DNA of 64,000 nucleotides, taken from contig CM060733.1 of the NCBI GenBank assembly GCA_030704615.1, positions 52,018,001 to 52,082,000 on the forward strand, read 5' to 3'. A model generated the notes under the pieces. It was not told where the DNA came from. It searched no databases and saw nothing but the letters and a program-made list of their open reading frames with translations. Origin of the DNA: Takakia lepidozioides. Taxonomy: Eukaryota > Plantae > Bryophyta. The stretch's first letter is position 1. Every line of letters starts with the position of its first letter. Position numbers and translations under genes: made by a program. This document shows positions 62,401 through 64,000 of the stretch, one piece after another.

Positions 62401-63955
62401 CTGATAGAAGGTTTATTCGCCCTCCCACGGATTTGGGCGTTTCCGACACTCGTAAAACCTCGCCACCATTCCCACATGGCAGCGTGACTACTCTCTTGCG
62501 GCCATCTATGACCGCTCCGGATTTGCTCAAAAAGGTCATTCCCAAAATGAGATCCACTCCATCGATCTCGCAGATAGTGAAGTTCTCACGTCCCTCCCAA
62601 CTCCCCAGTTGAAGAGGAACATCACACGCCAACCTTGTCGCCAACTGAGGTTCTCCTTTGGCAGAGCGCACCTCAATAGAGGCCCCCACGTCACTTGTCG
62701 GGAGTCCCAACTTTCGCGCCGCCGCCGGCGTCATGAAGGAGTGCGACGCTCCTGTGTCCACCAACAACGACACATTAGTTCCGGATATTATCCCATCCAC
62801 GAACAATAACTGACTCCCTTTTCGTAAGACGCCAGTTTCCTGATACAACTCACAAGAAAATTTGCCTACCTTGCAAGTCCTGGCGACCACCGCTTCCACC
62901 AAGCGACTGATGGTATCTTCCGACAGCTCCGTGGTCGCCCGAGTCATGTTCAATTGCCGGGGCTTCGTGCACTTCTTGGCCATGTGCCCGGGCTCCCCGC
63001 AATTGAAACACACTCCATCAAAGGTCGCCTTCTGTCCGCCATAAGTCGCTCCACCCGCTTTTCCTTTCGAAGCACCGGGTGCCGCCTTGACGTGTGAGGG
63101 ACCTCCCTTCGATTTCCACGTGCCATTTTCGCCGCGTGGCCTATCCCACTTCTTTTCCGGTCGGGAGGAGTCACCTTCCCGCCGGGTCTTCTTGTGGTTC
63201 AGCTCCGTACGGCCTTGTCTCTCACCCCTAGGGACATCCGAGAAACATTCAGCTCTCTCAATTGCCTCGTTCAAAGTCTTGGGTGGCTTCTCCTCCAACT
63301 TCCGCCTAGCCCATGGGGCCAGTCCCGCCACAAAGTTGAAGACCATTTCTGGTTCTGCCATGTCCGCGACTTCGAGCAACAGCACATTGAAAGCCTGGAC
63401 ATACCCCCGAATGTCATCTGTTTGCTTCAAATTCCTCATCTTGTCCCGGGCAAGCCAGGATGCGTTGAGGGGCACAAACTGTCTCTTCATCAATTCCTTG
63501 AACTCACTCCAGTTCAAGGTTTCCGGGCTTGGGCCTCGGTCGTGAAGGCGTTTCTGCCACCATTGTTGAGCATAGCCCCTCAAATAGGTGGGAGCCACTT
63601 CCACCCGATCCTCGTCACTCAACTTGGCCGCCCGGAAGTACTGCTCTAGCTCCAGGAGCCAGGTGTTGAGTGCCTTCCGGTTTCGAACGCCCTCGAAGGT
63701 GCCGGGTTCCTTAGGCTTCACCTTAAACTTTGCCTTGGTGGAAGTGGCATTAGCCGCCTTCAACACGTCTTTCAACGTCCCGCCAAACTGCGCCAACAAC
63801 CCTTCCCAAAAGGCTGCCGGCATGGGAGGCATCTCTTGGTTTGTCGGAGCTCTCAAAGATTCCTCGGGCTCCGACTCCTCGGATTCCTCCCGCTCCTGAG
63901 CGGCCTCGTTTTCGGAAACATTAATCGCTTCCTCAAACGGCCGCCTCGGTGACAC
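59469..63955 (-). mobile_element. Ty3/gypsy chromovirus 2 gag-pol (nearly intact, one frameshift at ~60690); runs off the window
   Basis: [14 protein letters not shown]; LVDTGASH; RT YIDD; HTDASD; GHGG..CTTC..SMDF; GPF motif; chromodomain EYLVKWKGY..SW. Confidence 0.96.
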
Positions 63956-64000
63956 GTCGCCCCCATCGGGCTCACCGGGGTCATCATCTTTTGGGCCGTT

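Overview
Intron-rich land-plant genomic DNA, possibly from a seed-free lineage (inference). The first ~14 kb holds host genes: an intact multi-exon N2227/carnosine N-methyltransferase-like gene (+), PLS-class PPR pseudogene fragments, NAD-IDH pseudogene exons and an intact 3-exon DUF2306 membrane-protein gene (-). The rest is nested transposons. An L1/Tx1-type LINE is split by a Mutator-like element A (22780-49266, 9-bp TSD CCATGCGAA). A's transposase is in turn split by a related element B (32278-47007, 9-bp TSD CTTTGGATC). Two chromodomain Ty3/gypsy elements follow, the second apparently inserted in the 3' LTR of the first. The standout is the shared cargo of A and B. Head-to-head with its GCM/WRKY-like-DDE-SWIM transposase, each carries an intron-containing gene for a ParB/Srx-like domain (DGNHR) fused to a circularly permuted (beta-class) N6A/N4C DNA-methyltransferase-like domain. 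Each element also carries dozens of copies of its own 24-bp palindrome (A: ACAGTGTGCGG-NN-CCGCACACTGT; B: CGGAAATGCGG-NN-CCGCATTTCCG), arrayed at 117-bp and 53-bp periods. This looks like a transposon-encoded ParB/parS-like, family-specific self-recognition or epigenetic module. Both copies here are pseudogenised, and all functional interpretation is inference.
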